A stretch of DNA of 63,373 nt, filler included. It is 4 parts of 4 records of this genome, joined end to end, with 100 filler letters (N's around TTAATTAATTAA, not from the genome) between each part and the next. Parts side by side here need not be neighbours in the genome. Positions count along the whole stretch, not along the records: positions 47,937 to 57,981 come from DRR723986_24355; positions 58,082 to 63,373 come from DRR723986_25049; 2 more parts are not named here. One strand, 5' to 3'. The notes under the pieces were generated by a model. The model did no database searches, was not told the origin of the DNA, and saw only the letters and a list, made by a program, of their open reading frames with translations. Shown piece by piece: positions 50,126 to 59,916 of the stretch; within the stretch, counting starts at the first letter, position 1; each line of letters begins with the position of its first letter. Position numbers and translations under genes: made by a program.

Positions 50126-51000
50126 TTCCAAGTATCATCAAAAAACGCTCCAGTGCGGTACTGACCGAAACACTGGGTGAAGAAGTAACAGTCAGCGGCT
50201 CAGAAGAGGTAGAAGGCGGATGTGTGCACAATGCACATCGCGTGGATACGAACCTGGGCCCGTTCTTCATAAAGTACACGCGCAAGGAACACTTCATCAA
50301 TTACGAGGCCGAGATGCACGGCCTGCAATTGCTGGAAGCTACCAAGACGCTCCGCACGCCCAAACCGGTGTGCCTGGGCAAAGCCGCCGGTTACGCCTTT
50401 CTGATCGTTGAGTACATCACACCCGGCGAACGCAGCGAGACGTTCTGGCAGGAATTTGGCAGCAACCTGGCCAAGCTGCACCGCAATACGAGCGACAAGT
50501 TTGGGCTGGACAAAAACAATTACATCGGCGATTTGCCGCAGACCAATACGCAGCACGAAAGCTGGCTTGAGTTCTACGTTAAAGAACGCATCGAGCCGCA
50601 ACTTCAGTTTGCGCGCGACCGCAGCCTGGCCGACCGAGCCCTCCTGAGCCAGTTTAACAAGTTTATTAACAAAATTGACAGGCACATGCCGGAAGGCACA
50701 CCTTCCCTGCTGCATGGCGACCTTTGGGGCGGCAACTGCATGACGGACAAACACGGCTCGCCGGCTGTATTTGATCCGGCAGTGTACTACGGACATCGCG
50801 AGGCTGAGATAGCTTACACCAAGCTGTTTGGCGACTTTGATAAGTCGATGTACGAAGCATACAACGAAGAGTGGCCGCTGGAAGCCGGCTGGCAGGATCG
50901 TTTTAACCTGTTTAACCTCTATCCGCTGCTGGTACAGCTCAACCTGTTCGGTGGTGGCTACAGGCCGCAGATTGAGAATGCGATTAAAAAATATGTTTAA
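50122..51000 (+). CDS. Fructosamine-3-kinase family protein
   Basis: FGLDKNNYIG, PSLLHGDLWGGN, FDPAVYYGHRE. Confidence 0.93.
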   Translation: MIPSIIKKRSSAVLTETLGEEVTVSGSEEVEGGCVHNAHRVDTNLGPFFIKYTRKEHFINYEAEMHGLQLLEATKTLRTPKPVCLGKAAGYAFLIVEYITPGERSETFWQEFGSNLAKLHRNTSDKFGLDKNNYIGDLPQTNTQHESWLEFYVKERIEPQLQFARDRSLADRALLSQFNKFINKIDRHMPEGTPSLLHGDLWGGNCMTDKHGSPAVFDPAVYYGHREAEIAYTKLFGDFDKSMYEAYNEEWPLEAGWQDRFNLFNLYPLLVQLNLFGGGYRPQIENAIKKYV

Positions 51001-51067
51001 GTTCACGTGTGCAGCGCGCAGAAATGCGGAGCTTCTGTGAACGAAAAACGGCTAAATTTCGAGCAAT

Positions 51068-51103
51068 AAAAAAGCTCCGCCGGCATTGAGCCCGCGGAGC
51101 TTT
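51068..51103. terminator. Bidirectional terminator
   Basis: AAAGCTCCGC...GCGGAGCTTT between convergent genes. Confidence 0.7.
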
Positions 51104-51168
51104 CTATTTTAAATAGCTTGTGATTACGTGCGCCAGAACTACAACAGGGGCCTTCAGCCACCGTGAGT

Positions 51169-52128
51169 TTATGACTCCATTCCGTCTTTGACAAGTTTAC
51201 GCGCCATACCGACGGCACCGTCGATGGCCGAACCACGCGCAGCGCGCAGCTGCAAACCAGGCTGAGCTTCAATCTTTTCGGCCAGGAGACGCGCCAGCAG
51301 CGTGTCTACTTCCATGATGCCACCCATGCGTACAATCGGCACGTCACCGGAAGCGGCGAAGTGTTTTTGGCTGAGGATCTTGACTGATTCCATCAGATGG
51401 TAGGCCGCACGATCGATAATTTCGCGACAGACTTCATCGCCATTCTCGGCGCACTGCATCACGAGTGGCGAGACGGTTGAATAGTCGAACATTTTCTCGT
51501 GAAACGCGGCTACGAGTGTGCGTGGATTCTGTGGATCAATCACGGGAAACAGTTCCACCATGGCATCGACAAGCGAACTGGAAGCTCCACGTCCATCAAA
51601 GGCACGTGTCAGCGCCGTCAGTCCTTCACGGCCCAGCCAGGCACCACTGCCCTCGTCACTGAGTTCGATGCCCCATCCGCCGCAGCGTACGACTTCGCCT
51701 TCGCCAGTTACGCCAACAGCAATTGTGCCGGTGCCAACAATCAACACGATTCCGGGTTCACCGTCAAAAGCGCCTTCAAGCGCAATGCCGGCGTCGCTGG
51801 TAATCTTGAGATGGCGAAAGCTGATTTTGCGTTCGCGGGCAAAGAGGCGCAGGAGCTGCTGAGCGCGCTGCCGCTCTTCAGGCAGCCAGACACCGGCCAG
51901 ACCAATGGCGACAGCATCCAATTCCATCGGCTTGATTTTAGCCGACTGACAGAGCTCAGAAATCAGGTTGAGCAGCCGCTCGGACGACTCAACAACTCCG
52001 ACACTGCCGACGCGGGCGGTACCGGTTTCACGGCGGTCAAGTTCTTCGCTGCCGCGCAGAATTACTCCGCGGGTGCGTGAGCCGCCGCCATCGATTCCAA
52101 TCAATATCGGTTCCGGTTTCCTGGCCAT
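51169..52128 (-). CDS. BadF/BadG-type N-acetylglucosamine/MurNAc kinase
   Basis: IGIDGGGSRT, LIVGTGT, RCGGWG.ELSDEGSGAWLG. Confidence 0.85.
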   Translation of the reverse strand: MARKPEPILIGIDGGGSRTRGVILRGSEELDRRETGTARVGSVGVVESSERLLNLISELCQSAKIKPMELDAVAIGLAGVWLPEERQRAQQLLRLFARERKISFRHLKITSDAGIALEGAFDGEPGIVLIVGTGTIAVGVTGEGEVVRCGGWGIELSDEGSGAWLGREGLTALTRAFDGRGASSSLVDAMVELFPVIDPQNPRTLVAAFHEKMFDYSTVSPLVMQCAENGDEVCREIIDRAAYHLMESVKILSQKHFAASGDVPIVRMGGIMEVDTLLARLLAEKIEAQPGLQLRAARGSAIDGAVGMARKLVKDGMES

Positions 52129-52135
52129 GCGTTGC

Positions 52136-52957
52136 TTATCCCTTGGCTTTAGGTGGAGACCAGGTGCCGCGTTTCCACTTGGTCAATTCGATGTTGACAT
52201 TGCCCAGATAGACTTTCATCTTGGCTTTGATTGGAATGCGGGCTTCATCGGCGCTGAACCAGCCTTCAAAGCGACCGGTGACACCGTAGATGCCTTCCCA
52301 ATCGGCATTGCCGCGGAAGTAGGTCGTATTCACGTCGTAATCTACGGCGTCGATATCAATTTCTTCCTGGTTGCCAACGAAGTTAATCGAGGTTTTGGTC
52401 GTATCGTTTTGAATGATCGTTGGAATACCGATGTGTCGTTTGATATTGAGGAACTGACGCGCCAGGAAAAAGAGTGAGAGGCCATCGTTCCAGCGGCGTG
52501 GAGATTCGATCTTCGTACGATCTTTCATCCCGTCCTTTTCCGATCCAGTTTCAATCTCAAAGAATTTGCCTGGGTAGTCAAACTCGTACTTCGTGTACTC
52601 ACGCTCAGCGTCTTCAATCTCTTCGCTGGCGTAAAACTTGTGTGTATACTTGGCGCTGGGGTCGATCCAGCTTTGGTAGAGCACATCAATTGTGACGAAG
52701 GGAATTCCGGGGCTGGACTTCATTTCAGCCGAGACCATTACGGCCGGCTTGCCGTCAATATCCTCTTTGGCAAGTGTTTTTACAACAATTGAGCCGAGGG
52801 TTATTCCGAGGTAAGAGACATCATATTCGAGGACTTCACCTTCCTGCAGCATTTGTGCGTGGACCCGCGTGGCGGGAGTTAGCACAGCCAACAAGAGTGC
52901 CAGAACCGAAAAGACTAGAAGCAGAGGTTTCTTACCCTGTTCCTTACGTGAGCGCAT
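52136..52957 (-). CDS. DUF3108 domain protein
   Basis: Signal peptide from ATG 52957; GEVLEYDVSYLG, WFSADEARIPIK. Confidence 0.75.
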   Translation of the reverse strand: MRSRKEQGKKPLLLVFSVLALLLAVLTPATRVHAQMLQEGEVLEYDVSYLGITLGSIVVKTLAKEDIDGKPAVMVSAEMKSSPGIPFVTIDVLYQSWIDPSAKYTHKFYASEEIEDAEREYTKYEFDYPGKFFEIETGSEKDGMKDRTKIESPRRWNDGLSLFFLARQFLNIKRHIGIPTIIQNDTTKTSINFVGNQEEIDIDAVDYDVNTTYFRGNADWEGIYGVTGRFEGWFSADEARIPIKAKMKVYLGNVNIELTKWKRGTWSPPKAKG

Positions 52958-53158
52958 GTGTTTCACCAGAAATAGTTGCAAGGAATTCAACGCCGGAAGT
53001 TGAAAAGATACGCCGGAGGGCGCAGCGCCTGCCGTAATATAAAGCGATCCGCGGCAGACAACAGAAATGCATCTCAAAAAAAATGCGACTCCCTTAGAAC
53101 GCATCAAAGGGAGCCGCATTGTATTTTTACCATGTCTCAGAACTGCGGCCGCAGGTGT

Positions 53159-54760
53159 TTACATCTGAGCAATTTTTACAGCTTCCGGGAAGAGCTGCAA
53201 GGCTTTTTGTGCCTGGCGATCGATTTGCAGACGCACAGCCACGGATTCGTTGTTGTTCCAGACCGAACGCGCAATCTCGGCTTTCATAACCGTGCGGATC
53301 TTAAATCTGTCAGTCTTAAATTCTTCGTCCGACCATTCAACATTGCGGCCCTCAGCAATTGATTTCAACTCCGCCAGCATGGCGTCCGTGATTTCAAAAT
53401 TGCGATAGAACTGCGTGAAATCGTTGTTGAACTGTGATTCAATTTGCTCACGCATGCCCGCCAAATGTTTGTCGTTGTACAAACGATAGACGTTTTTGCG
53501 GAAGAGCATGCGGTACAGGTTCGTGATCGTGTCGGCCTTGACGATGTAGTCCGGAACAATTCCACCACCACCGTAGACGGCACGTCCACTCTTGGTTGTA
53601 AACTCAGGGCGTTCTTCGCCGGATTCACCACCGTGGTCCAGATTTTCACCTTCTTCAAGGTCTGCGCGCCCTTCCAGACTGTAGTACTTTTCTTTATCCT
53701 TATACGGACGCTGAATCAGGCGGCCGGAAGGCGTATAATATTTCGACGTCGTCAGCCTGAAGGCCGATCCATCGTTGAGTGTCCACTGCTGCTGCACAAG
53801 ACCTTTGCCAAAAGATGTCTCACCGACAATTAGCCCGCGATCCAGATCCTGCACGGCACCGGAAACGATTTCAGAAGCTGAGGCCGAACTCTCATTGATC
53901 ATTACAATCAAGGGAATGTCATGCATCTGGCCGCGCTTGGTACCGCGGAAGACTTCGTTGAATTCGTCGCGCCGGCCCTGCGTATAGACAAGCTTGTCGG
54001 GCGTTTCAATGAACTCATCGGCCATGGCAATTGCCTGCTTGAGGTAACCGCCCGGGTTAAAGCGCAGATCCAGGATCAACTTCTTCATGCCTTGGCGCTT
54101 GAGTTCACCAGCGGCTTTCAGAAGCTCTTTGTGAGTTTGTGCCGCAAAACGATTGACGCGGATATATCCGACGTCGGAACTGTCAACCAGGAAGTGCGCA
54201 TCCACGCTGTAGATGGGAATCTTATCGCGTTTGATGTCAAAGCTGATGAGTTCGGGCTCACCCTGGCGGAAAATTTCGACGTTTACGGTTGAGCCTTTGG
54301 GGCCTTTAAGGCGTTTGGGCACATCGTCCTGTTCCAGACCAACGGCGGTTTCGCCATCGATCGTTACAATCTTGTCCCCCGCCAGAATGCCGAGTTTTTC
54401 GCTGGGGCCACCAATGATCGGTGTCACAACCGTGATCGTGTCATTCAGCATTTCAAAGGAAACGCCAATGCCGTCAAAGCTGCCGCGGAAATCTTCGTCA
54501 ATCTTTTTCTTTTCTTTGGGCGGGATGTAAACCGAGTGTGGATCTTTGAGCTGGCCGAGCATACCGCGAATTCCGGCGGCGACCATTTTGTCCGTATCAA
54601 CTTCTTCTACGTAGTTTTTGTTGGCGGTATTCAGGACGGTATTAAATTTCCGGACCTGGGTATAAATGCTGTCGCCAGAAACGACCGGCTGTGCTGCAAC
54701 ACCGAGTAGTACGCCCAGGGAAATACCGGCCAATGCCAGAATCACTTTCGTCTTAGTCAT
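53159..54760 (-). CDS. S41 carboxyl-terminal processing protease
   Basis: DPHS, PDZ, LDLRFNPGG, SASASEIV, SFGKGLVQ, YYTPSGR. Confidence 0.93.
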   Translation of the reverse strand: MTKTKVILALAGISLGVLLGVAAQPVVSGDSIYTQVRKFNTVLNTANKNYVEEVDTDKMVAAGIRGMLGQLKDPHSVYIPPKEKKKIDEDFRGSFDGIGVSFEMLNDTITVVTPIIGGPSEKLGILAGDKIVTIDGETAVGLEQDDVPKRLKGPKGSTVNVEIFRQGEPELISFDIKRDKIPIYSVDAHFLVDSSDVGYIRVNRFAAQTHKELLKAAGELKRQGMKKLILDLRFNPGGYLKQAIAMADEFIETPDKLVYTQGRRDEFNEVFRGTKRGQMHDIPLIVMINESSASASEIVSGAVQDLDRGLIVGETSFGKGLVQQQWTLNDGSAFRLTTSKYYTPSGRLIQRPYKDKEKYYSLEGRADLEEGENLDHGGESGEERPEFTTKSGRAVYGGGGIVPDYIVKADTITNLYRMLFRKNVYRLYNDKHLAGMREQIESQFNNDFTQFYRNFEITDAMLAELKSIAEGRNVEWSDEEFKTDRFKIRTVMKAEIARSVWNNNESVAVRLQIDRQAQKALQLFPEAVKIAQM

Positions 54761-54973
54761 TCCTCTTCCCTCGTATTATTTCCTATCATCCTATCAATCG
54801 AACTGGAATGCCCATGCAAGATGCAACGTTTGAGCGGTGACGCGCATTGTGCCGACTGCCGTAGCGACAATGGTTTTACATTCAGGTTCTGCGTTGCTTG
54901 CCCTACGCCTCCCGGCGCGGCTTGTTACACTCGTAAGCGCAGAAAGATACACGCCAGGAAATCAGGCCCGGAT

Positions 54974-55465
54974 TTACCATCCATCGGTAAAACTGCTCTC
55001 GACTTTGTCATCCAGTCGCAGCAGAGCAACGATCCAACCTTTGCCCGGTGCGCGGTAAAACGTCATGACCCATTTGATGGGATACTCGCGATGCAGCGCC
55101 AGATAGCGCACGCGAATAAATGACTTTGTGACAGCTTCAGCGCTTATGAACTCAACGTCGGACTGCGGACCGTAAAAATCAAGGGCGCGCGTGGCCTGCT
55201 GCACCAGTTTGGCCACGTTGCTGCTATCATTCAATATGCGGCTACCGGCCAAAAGTTTGTCAAATGCTGCCACGGGTCGGCTATTTTCCAGTTCAGTGAA
55301 AAAACTATCGGCCACCCGTTTGAGTTCCGCAGGCACTTGCGCTTCACTCAATGAATAGGCTGGTCCGGTGGGCGGAACAGCCTGATTTTGTGCTGCTGCA
55401 TTCAGACTCAGAGACAAACATAGAAAAAACGCCGTGCAGAACACGCGTGTCAGTACATGAATCAT
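54974..55465 (-). CDS. Hypothetical secreted protein
   Basis: Signal peptide; PIKWVMTFYR motif; operonic. Confidence 0.65.
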   Translation of the reverse strand: MIHVLTRVFCTAFFLCLSLSLNAAAQNQAVPPTGPAYSLSEAQVPAELKRVADSFFTELENSRPVAAFDKLLAGSRILNDSSNVAKLVQQATRALDFYGPQSDVEFISAEAVTKSFIRVRYLALHREYPIKWVMTFYRAPGKGWIVALLRLDDKVESSFTDGW

Positions 55466-55482
55466 GGTAATCCCGGAATAAA

Positions 55483-56454
55483 CTATTTGGATTGCCGACG
55501 GCGTGACTGAGTCATCCCGTCACGATCCTCCAGCCCAACATGTTTTTCGAGTGCACGGATTTCCTGGCGTGTAAGGTGGCGAAACTCACCACGCACAAGT
55601 CCGCGTGAAGACAAGGAAGCATACAGCTTGCGGTCAAGTTTGCGAACTTCATAACCACGCGCTTCAAATATTCGGCGCACCTCGCGGTTGCGTCCCTCGG
55701 AAAGGCTGATGACCACGTCGCGGCGGTCTCCCGAATCGATGGCGATTTCACATGCCTGCGTCGGCCCGTCGTCCAGAATCACACCTTTGGCAATCGCATG
55801 CAGGTCATCAATTTGCAGGCCCTTATCCAGGCGCACCTTGTACAACCGCACAATCCCAAACTTGGGGTGCGTCAGCCGGTACGCCAGGTCACCGTCATTA
55901 GTCAGCAGCATCACACCCGTAGTGTTGCGGTCCAGCCGCCCTACCGGGAAAATGCGCTCGCGGGACTTGACGATGTCCAGAACCGTCTGCCGTCCAAATT
56001 GATCACTGCTTGTGGTAATGCAGTCTTTGGGTTTGTTCAGCAGAATATAGGTCAGCAGCTTGTCATAACTGATCGGATCGCCTTTGACCGTTACGCTGTC
56101 CCCCGGTCCAATTCGCGTCCCATGCTCAGTCACGGTTTTGCCGTTGACTTTGACTTCGCCGGCCGTGATAATTTCATCGGCTTTACGGCGTGAGGCGATA
56201 CCGGCATTGGCCAGGTATTTGTTGAGGCGCACGCCGGGATTGTCGATCTTGGCAGCGTCCTCCTGCGTCACCAGCGGCGCACTCGGTTTGGCTGTTTTTG
56301 AGCCATGCTTGCGGCGCCAGGACGCCGGCCGTTTTTTGGCGTAGGTGCGCGTGCCTGAACGCGAGGAGCGGCCTAAGCCGGAGCGCGAAGAAGATTTGGA
56401 AGAGGAGCGACGCCCGGAGGAGGCGCCGTTGGAAGATTTTCTGGTACGTTTCAC
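55483..56454 (-). CDS. rluB: rRNA pseudouridine synthase (RluB/RsuA family) with S/R-rich N-tail
   Basis: S4 domain RLNKYLANAGIASRRKAD, NKPK, VGRLD, EGRNREVRR. Confidence 0.85.
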   Translation of the reverse strand: MKRTRKSSNGASSGRRSSSKSSSRSGLGRSSRSGTRTYAKKRPASWRRKHGSKTAKPSAPLVTQEDAAKIDNPGVRLNKYLANAGIASRRKADEIITAGEVKVNGKTVTEHGTRIGPGDSVTVKGDPISYDKLLTYILLNKPKDCITTSSDQFGRQTVLDIVKSRERIFPVGRLDRNTTGVMLLTNDGDLAYRLTHPKFGIVRLYKVRLDKGLQIDDLHAIAKGVILDDGPTQACEIAIDSGDRRDVVISLSEGRNREVRRIFEARGYEVRKLDRKLYASLSSRGLVRGEFRHLTRQEIRALEKHVGLEDRDGMTQSRRRQSK

Positions 56455-56599
56455 TGTTGGCCGCGGCTCGTAATCGGAATTAAATCGTAAAAAAATCGTG
56501 CTGCAATGCAGAAGACTTGGCTTGTCCCCATTCGGGACCCGGACACTGCCGGCAAAATTTATAGCGCGAACATCTTATCCAGCGCGTTCAAAGAAGTTC

Positions 56600-57094
56600 T
56601 CAAAGAATTTCGTGAAATTCAAGCTGGTACATCTCACCATCGTACTCGCTTTTGATATCCTTGTTGACGCGCAGCTTGCCGCGAATCTTTACGATCCCCG
56701 ACTTAAAGTCAATCCCCTTGCCCGCCGGCGTCTTGACCAGCAGCATCTCATTGATTTTAGTTGCCGGATGGCAGTAACAATTCAGCGGTGGCACACGGGA
56801 GATAATGAACTCTTCCATGTCCTCCAGCTTGTCGATCGCCGCCAAAAAACCCAGCATTTCAATGTCGCGCCCATCCAGGTCCACGACCTTCTTTGGCGGT
56901 GGTGAACCCGGCGTATACAGCCCCAGAATCCCAAAGGAAACGCGCTTGTATTTGCCGCGCTGTGGCGCAGAATTGACCTCGTGCGGCAGCATAACCGTCA
57001 CGCCAATCAAGAGCGCTACACAGACTGAAAGAAAGCGAATTTGAGGATACATTGGCCGGATCACTGGTCGCTGATTGGAACGTGGACTGTTCAT
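56600..57094 (-). CDS. DUF3299 family protein
   Basis: LDGRDIEMLGF, EFII...CYCHP...NE, GKL; start 57094 or 57052. Confidence 0.7.
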   Translation of the reverse strand: MNSPRSNQRPVIRPMYPQIRFLSVCVALLIGVTVMLPHEVNSAPQRGKYKRVSFGILGLYTPGSPPPKKVVDLDGRDIEMLGFLAAIDKLEDMEEFIISRVPPLNCYCHPATKINEMLLVKTPAGKGIDFKSGIVKIRGKLRVNKDIKSEYDGEMYQLEFHEIL

Positions 57095-57223
57095 AGTCGT
57101 TTTCTGTTCGATTAGGGGCAGCCGCACAGAACCGGGGAGCGGCGTGCCACGCACAACAGACGCGCGGCCTGCCCTGATGTTGGAACCCGTCCACAATCAG
57201 AATTGGCCGTACAGCACTGCAAA

Positions 57224-57981
57224 TTACGAAATTGGAGCCAGGTTATGCGCAACGTCCACGCGGTAGGCCTTCCACGCCGGAACGCAGGCTACCAGCCCCG
57301 CCAGTAGAATCACACCGCCTATCAGCAGCAGTTCAAAATTGTAAAACAGCGCAAAATCAAGGTTCACACCCACACGTGAGGAAATTTCACCGACGAACAT
57401 ATTCAGGCCCAGGTGCGCCAGAATTATGCCGGCCACCGAGCCCAGCAGCGCAATCGTCATCGCCTCCAGTTCTATCAGCCCAAAAATTGTACGGCGGCGC
57501 GCACCCAGCGAACGCAAGATCGCAATCTCGCGCTTGCGCTCATTCAGCGAATTGTAAATCGACACAAATATCGACAGCGAACCGATTACAATCACCAGAT
57601 AGGACAGCGCCAGCAAAATCCCATTGACGTTGCCCACAATTGCAAACAACCCCTGGATTTCACGCACCGGCATCGTTGCCTGTGCCACACTCGCCTCATT
57701 AATGTGCCGGATAAAACTCTCAAAAAAGATCGGACTCTTCAGCTTTACCGCCACCGAACTTATCGATTGGAACAGCGCCGGAATTTCATGCTTAATCTTC
57801 TCACCGGGTGCCGTGTGCAAATGGTGTGCATGATGCCCGTGGTCATGTGAATGATCGTGACCCGAATGATCGTGACCGGAGTGATCGTGGCCCGAGTGAT
57901 CGTGGTCGCCGTGATCGTGGCCCGAATGATCGTGACCGGAGTGATCGTGACCCGAATGATCGTGGTCCGAATGATCGTGGT
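57224..57981 (-). CDS. ABC permease (FtsX family), partial, with His-rich tract
   Basis: SLNERKREIAILRSLGA, PAWKAYR; frame stays open through the repeat to the contig end. Confidence 0.85.
57848..57981 (-). repeat. 15-nt coding tandem repeat (HDHSG)n
   Basis: About 9 units of CACGATCA(T/C)TC(G/C)GG(T/C) and variants; contig breaks inside the array. Confidence 0.9.
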
Positions 57982-58081
57982 NNNNNNNNNNNNNNNNNNN
58001 NNNNNNNNNNNNNNNNNNNNNNNNNTTAATTAATTAANNNNNNNNNNNNNNNNNNNNNNNNNNNNNNNNNNNNNNNNNNNN
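57982..58081. other. Artificial contig linker
   Basis: N44-TTAATTAATTAA-N44. Confidence 0.98.
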
Positions 58082-58889
58082 TGGTGACGTGATCGCCGCC
58101 CATGCGCACGCTGTCCGCATAGATCATGTGTTTCTTCATAAAGATCGACACCGATGTCGATCCGCCGCCCATGTCGATACAGGCCGCGCCCAGTTCCTGT
58201 TCATCTTCGACCAGGGCGGAAATGCCCGACACATAGGCCGAGGAGGCAATGCCCGCCAATTCCAGGTCACAGCGTTTGATGCAGTGGATCAGGTTTTGGA
58301 TCGACGCCCCATCGACGGTCAGCATATGCATATCCACCGACAGGGATTGGCCGAGCTGACCGCGTGGATCAATCAGGCCCGAACGGTTATCGAGCGCAAA
58401 GTTCACCGGCTGGGCGTGCAGAACCTCGCGCCCTGCCCCGTATTCAGGCACATCGCAGGCATTCAGAACCCGGCCGATTTCGGCCTCGGTCACGACCTGC
58501 GTTTCCAATTCGACTTCGGCATCCAGACCATAAGAACGGGGATTGGCGCCAGAAAAACAGGCGATCACGTGGTCGACGCGAATTTCGGCCATTTTCTGCG
58601 CTGCCTGCAGGGCGGTGCGGATGGCGCGTTCGGTTTCCTGCATCGCAGTGACTTCGCCAAATTGCACACCGCGCGAGCGGGTGGTGGCTGCGCCAATCAC
58701 CCGGAACCCGGTCTGACCCGCCATCGAGCCGATAGAGTTATCTTCGCTGAGGCGCGAGGTGCCATCAAAGCGCAAAACAAGGCAGGCAATCTTGGAACTG
58801 CCCACATCCAGAATAGCCACAACACCGCGCTGCATCGCTTGTTGACGCATCTGCCGCATGGCACGCTGAGACTGATAGAGATCCGTCAT
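58082..58889 (-). CDS. ftsA: Cell division protein FtsA, 3' truncated
   Basis: LDVGSSKIACL, IDMGGGST, GGDHVT. Confidence 0.95.
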
Positions 58890-58896
58890 CATATCG

Positions 58897-59916
58897 TTAC
58901 TGCCCAACCCCGCTTGTTTTTCTGATCCGCCACCATTCTTGGACGGCGTTTTCGGTCATTCTAATCGTTGGTCGTGCGCCGATCCGCATATCAACGACGG
59001 CAACGTCGCGATCCAGCAAATCCTGCACTTCACTGACGGCCAGCACGCGTTCCAGCGCCCGCACAGAGCGCTCGGTGGGCAAGAGAATGCGCTGCCCCCG
59101 GTCCAAAACCACGTCCCAACGCCGTTCGCCCATGCGCTGTAATCCACGCAACCGCTTGCCCAAGGGCTGCGCCGCGCGCAACAGGGCCAGCGCCTCTGCA
59201 ACCGCCTCGTCTGCACCGCGGCCGACAATCAGCGGCAGATCAGAACGTGAGGCGCGGGTTGGGATGTCATCCACATGGGCACCGGTGTGATCCAGAACCT
59301 CGACCCCGTCGCGGGTCCGCCACACAACGACGGGCTGGCGTTCGATCACATCGACTTGCAAGATCCCGCCGGGACGAACACGCACCGCAGCCGTTTTGAC
59401 CGGTGCGAGGCCGGTGATGACATCGCGGATCTGTTCGACGTCCAGATCAAAAGAGCTGACGGGGAAGTCCAGTGGCACAACTTCGCGGATGTCTTCGGCC
59501 AGGTTTTGCCCTGCCCCGTCGATGGCCATGAGGTTGACCATGAATTCAGGGCGTTCCTGGATAGAGGCGCGAATGTCGCCGACAAAGGCGTCCAGCGCGT
59601 CGCGGCGTTTTTCGCTGGCGAGAAACCCGCTGCCAATTGCAAAGACCAGACAAAAGGGGATGCCGATGCGCAACCCAAGGCGAATGCCCGGTGTCAGCAT
59701 CCAGCGCTGTACCCGATAGCTGAGCCGCGAGGGCGCCGGATCTGAGCGTTTCGGAGGGGTTTTCGCCAAGCCGCCTGCGTTCAGACGGAAGCGCGCGCGG
59801 GTCTCATCTGTGGCGTTGGTGTTTTCACCGTTTTCGAATTCTGCGTCTGTTTTTGCAAGCGCGCGCGAGCCAAAGAAGCCACGCGGAACAAGGCTAAAGC
59901 GTTTTAACGATGGCAC
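58897..59916 (-). CDS. ftsQ: Cell division protein FtsQ
   Basis: DPAPSR..YRVQRWMLTP, TM, POTRA, RRWDVVL, VDMR; GTG 59916 overlaps ddl end. Confidence 0.9.
   Translation of the reverse strand: MPSLKRFSLVPRGFFGSRALAKTDAEFENGENTNATDETRARFRLNAGGLAKTPPKRSDPAPSRLSYRVQRWMLTPGIRLGLRIGIPFCLVFAIGSGFLASEKRRDALDAFVGDIRASIQERPEFMVNLMAIDGAGQNLAEDIREVVPLDFPVSSFDLDVEQIRDVITGLAPVKTAAVRVRPGGILQVDVIERQPVVVWRTRDGVEVLDHTGAHVDDIPTRASRSDLPLIVGRGADEAVAEALALLRAAQPLGKRLRGLQRMGERRWDVVLDRGQRILLPTERSVRALERVLAVSEVQDLLDRDVAVVDMRIGARPTIRMTENAVQEWWRIRKTSGVGQ

Noticed and set aside
50200..51006. Long antisense ORFs (also 48349-49077, 58089-58925, 59910-60659)
   Set aside because: Shadows of well-supported genes on the opposite strand in GC-rich DNA
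57848..57981. Possible CRISPR array, and plus-strand repeat ORFs (57808-58029, 57851-58033)
   Set aside because: The units are contiguous 15-mers with no spacers and no cas genes; the minus frame encodes HDHSG in frame with the permease
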